Shown here in pieces: positions 23,659 through 24,000 of a stretch of DNA of 24,000 nucleotides. Origin of the DNA: an uncultured Candidatus Saccharimonadales bacterium (GTDB taxonomy: Bacteria > Patescibacteriota > Saccharimonadia > UBA4664); the NCBI GenBank assembly GCA_964530365.1, contig CAZGZY010000001.1, positions 6,348 to 30,347 on the forward strand, given 5' to 3'. A model generated the notes under the pieces. That model worked only from the letters and a program-made list of their open reading frames with translations. It was not told where the DNA came from and searched no databases. The first letter of the stretch is position 1; the number at the start of each line of letters is the position of its first letter. Both the position numbers and the translations under genes were made by a program.

Positions 23659-23999
23659 CTTAGGCCTTAGGGGGCAAAGCTACCGTCCACCCATCGTATT
23701 GGGCTTCATAAAGGCTTGCAACTCTATCGAAGAGCGCTTCATCATGCAACAGACCGTCTTTTTGAAGAACGTAATTTGCTTTCTCGGACTGGACCCAATA
23801 CTTGTTTGCGGATTCATCGTGGGTAATGTGACTTTTCCATCCTTCCTTATCTAGATACTCTTTGATAGCAGCCTCGGCGATTTGAGGGTTGTTGAATCCC
23901 TTTATTGCAAAGATGATTTTCTTGGGCGTTTCTAGGGGTTGCCCTGAGACTTTGAAGATTCTCGTCAGTAATACTTTATTCGTATTGTCATCTTGTAAT
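23659..23999 (-). CDS. 3' end of a gene entering from the right edge; RraB-like (regulator of ribonuclease activity B fold) C-terminus
   Basis: Absent from the ORF track because the fragment has no Met. The minus-strand frame is open from the window edge to TAA at 23661-23659: …KKIIFAIKGFNNPQIAEAAIKEYLDKEGWKSHITHDESANKYWVQSEKANYVLQKDGLLHDEALFDRVASLYEAQYDGWTVALPPKA. The terminal 'YDGW' context resembles the RraB/DUF1260 family. Family assignment is weak. Confidence 0.4.
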
Positions 24000-24000
24000 C

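Noticed and set aside
23651-23854. 67 aa plus-strand ORF from the track
   Set aside because: It lies antisense to a longer, better-looking minus-strand reading frame that runs to the window edge. Its own sequence is hydrophobic and low-complexity, with no motif.
1-23999. CRISPR arrays, tRNA/rRNA/tmRNA genes, transposases, integrases, long direct or inverted repeats, prophage or known defence-system genes
   Set aside because: I scanned both strands by eye and found none. There are no spaced repeat arrays, no T-loop/D-loop tRNA signatures in the intergenic regions, and no DDE or tyrosine-recombinase motifs in any listed ORF. By my count the sequence as given ends at base 23999.

Overview
This is a bacterial chromosomal window with moderately high GC by eye, dense coding and many overlapping or coupled gene junctions. 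I found no rRNA, tRNA, CRISPR array, transposase or integrase. Left to right it holds: a 5'-truncated Pif1/RecD-type helicase; a NatAB-like ABC-2 exporter pair; a minus-strand operon of pspC, a LiaF/toastrack-like gene, a GIY-YIG-like gene and mazG-like, divergent from an orphan multi-TM/PAS histidine kinase; an FNR-like oxidoreductase; an RRM RNA-binding protein; gpmA; metK behind a recognisable SAM-I-clan riboswitch; and an isolated pyrB homologue. These are followed by a six-gene, translationally coupled Hyf/Hyc-like (group-4 hydrogenase / complex-I-like) membrane module, then a CorA-family channel, SppA, an orphan exported protein, and an ORF at the right edge that the ORF track misses. 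The most unusual content is the Hyf-like module at 13234-20417. Its NuoB/HycG-like subunit has no cysteine at all, with D, A, D, D at the four [4Fe-4S] ligand positions. Its HycE/NuoCD-like subunit has lost both CxxC Ni-Fe motifs. No HycF/NuoI ferredoxin-like subunit or maturation gene is present in the window. The antiporter-like membrane subunits, however, keep their charged-residue motifs. It therefore looks like an Ehr-type complex stripped of every obvious redox cofactor site, with unknown chemistry. All calls rest on reading motifs by eye; no database search was possible.
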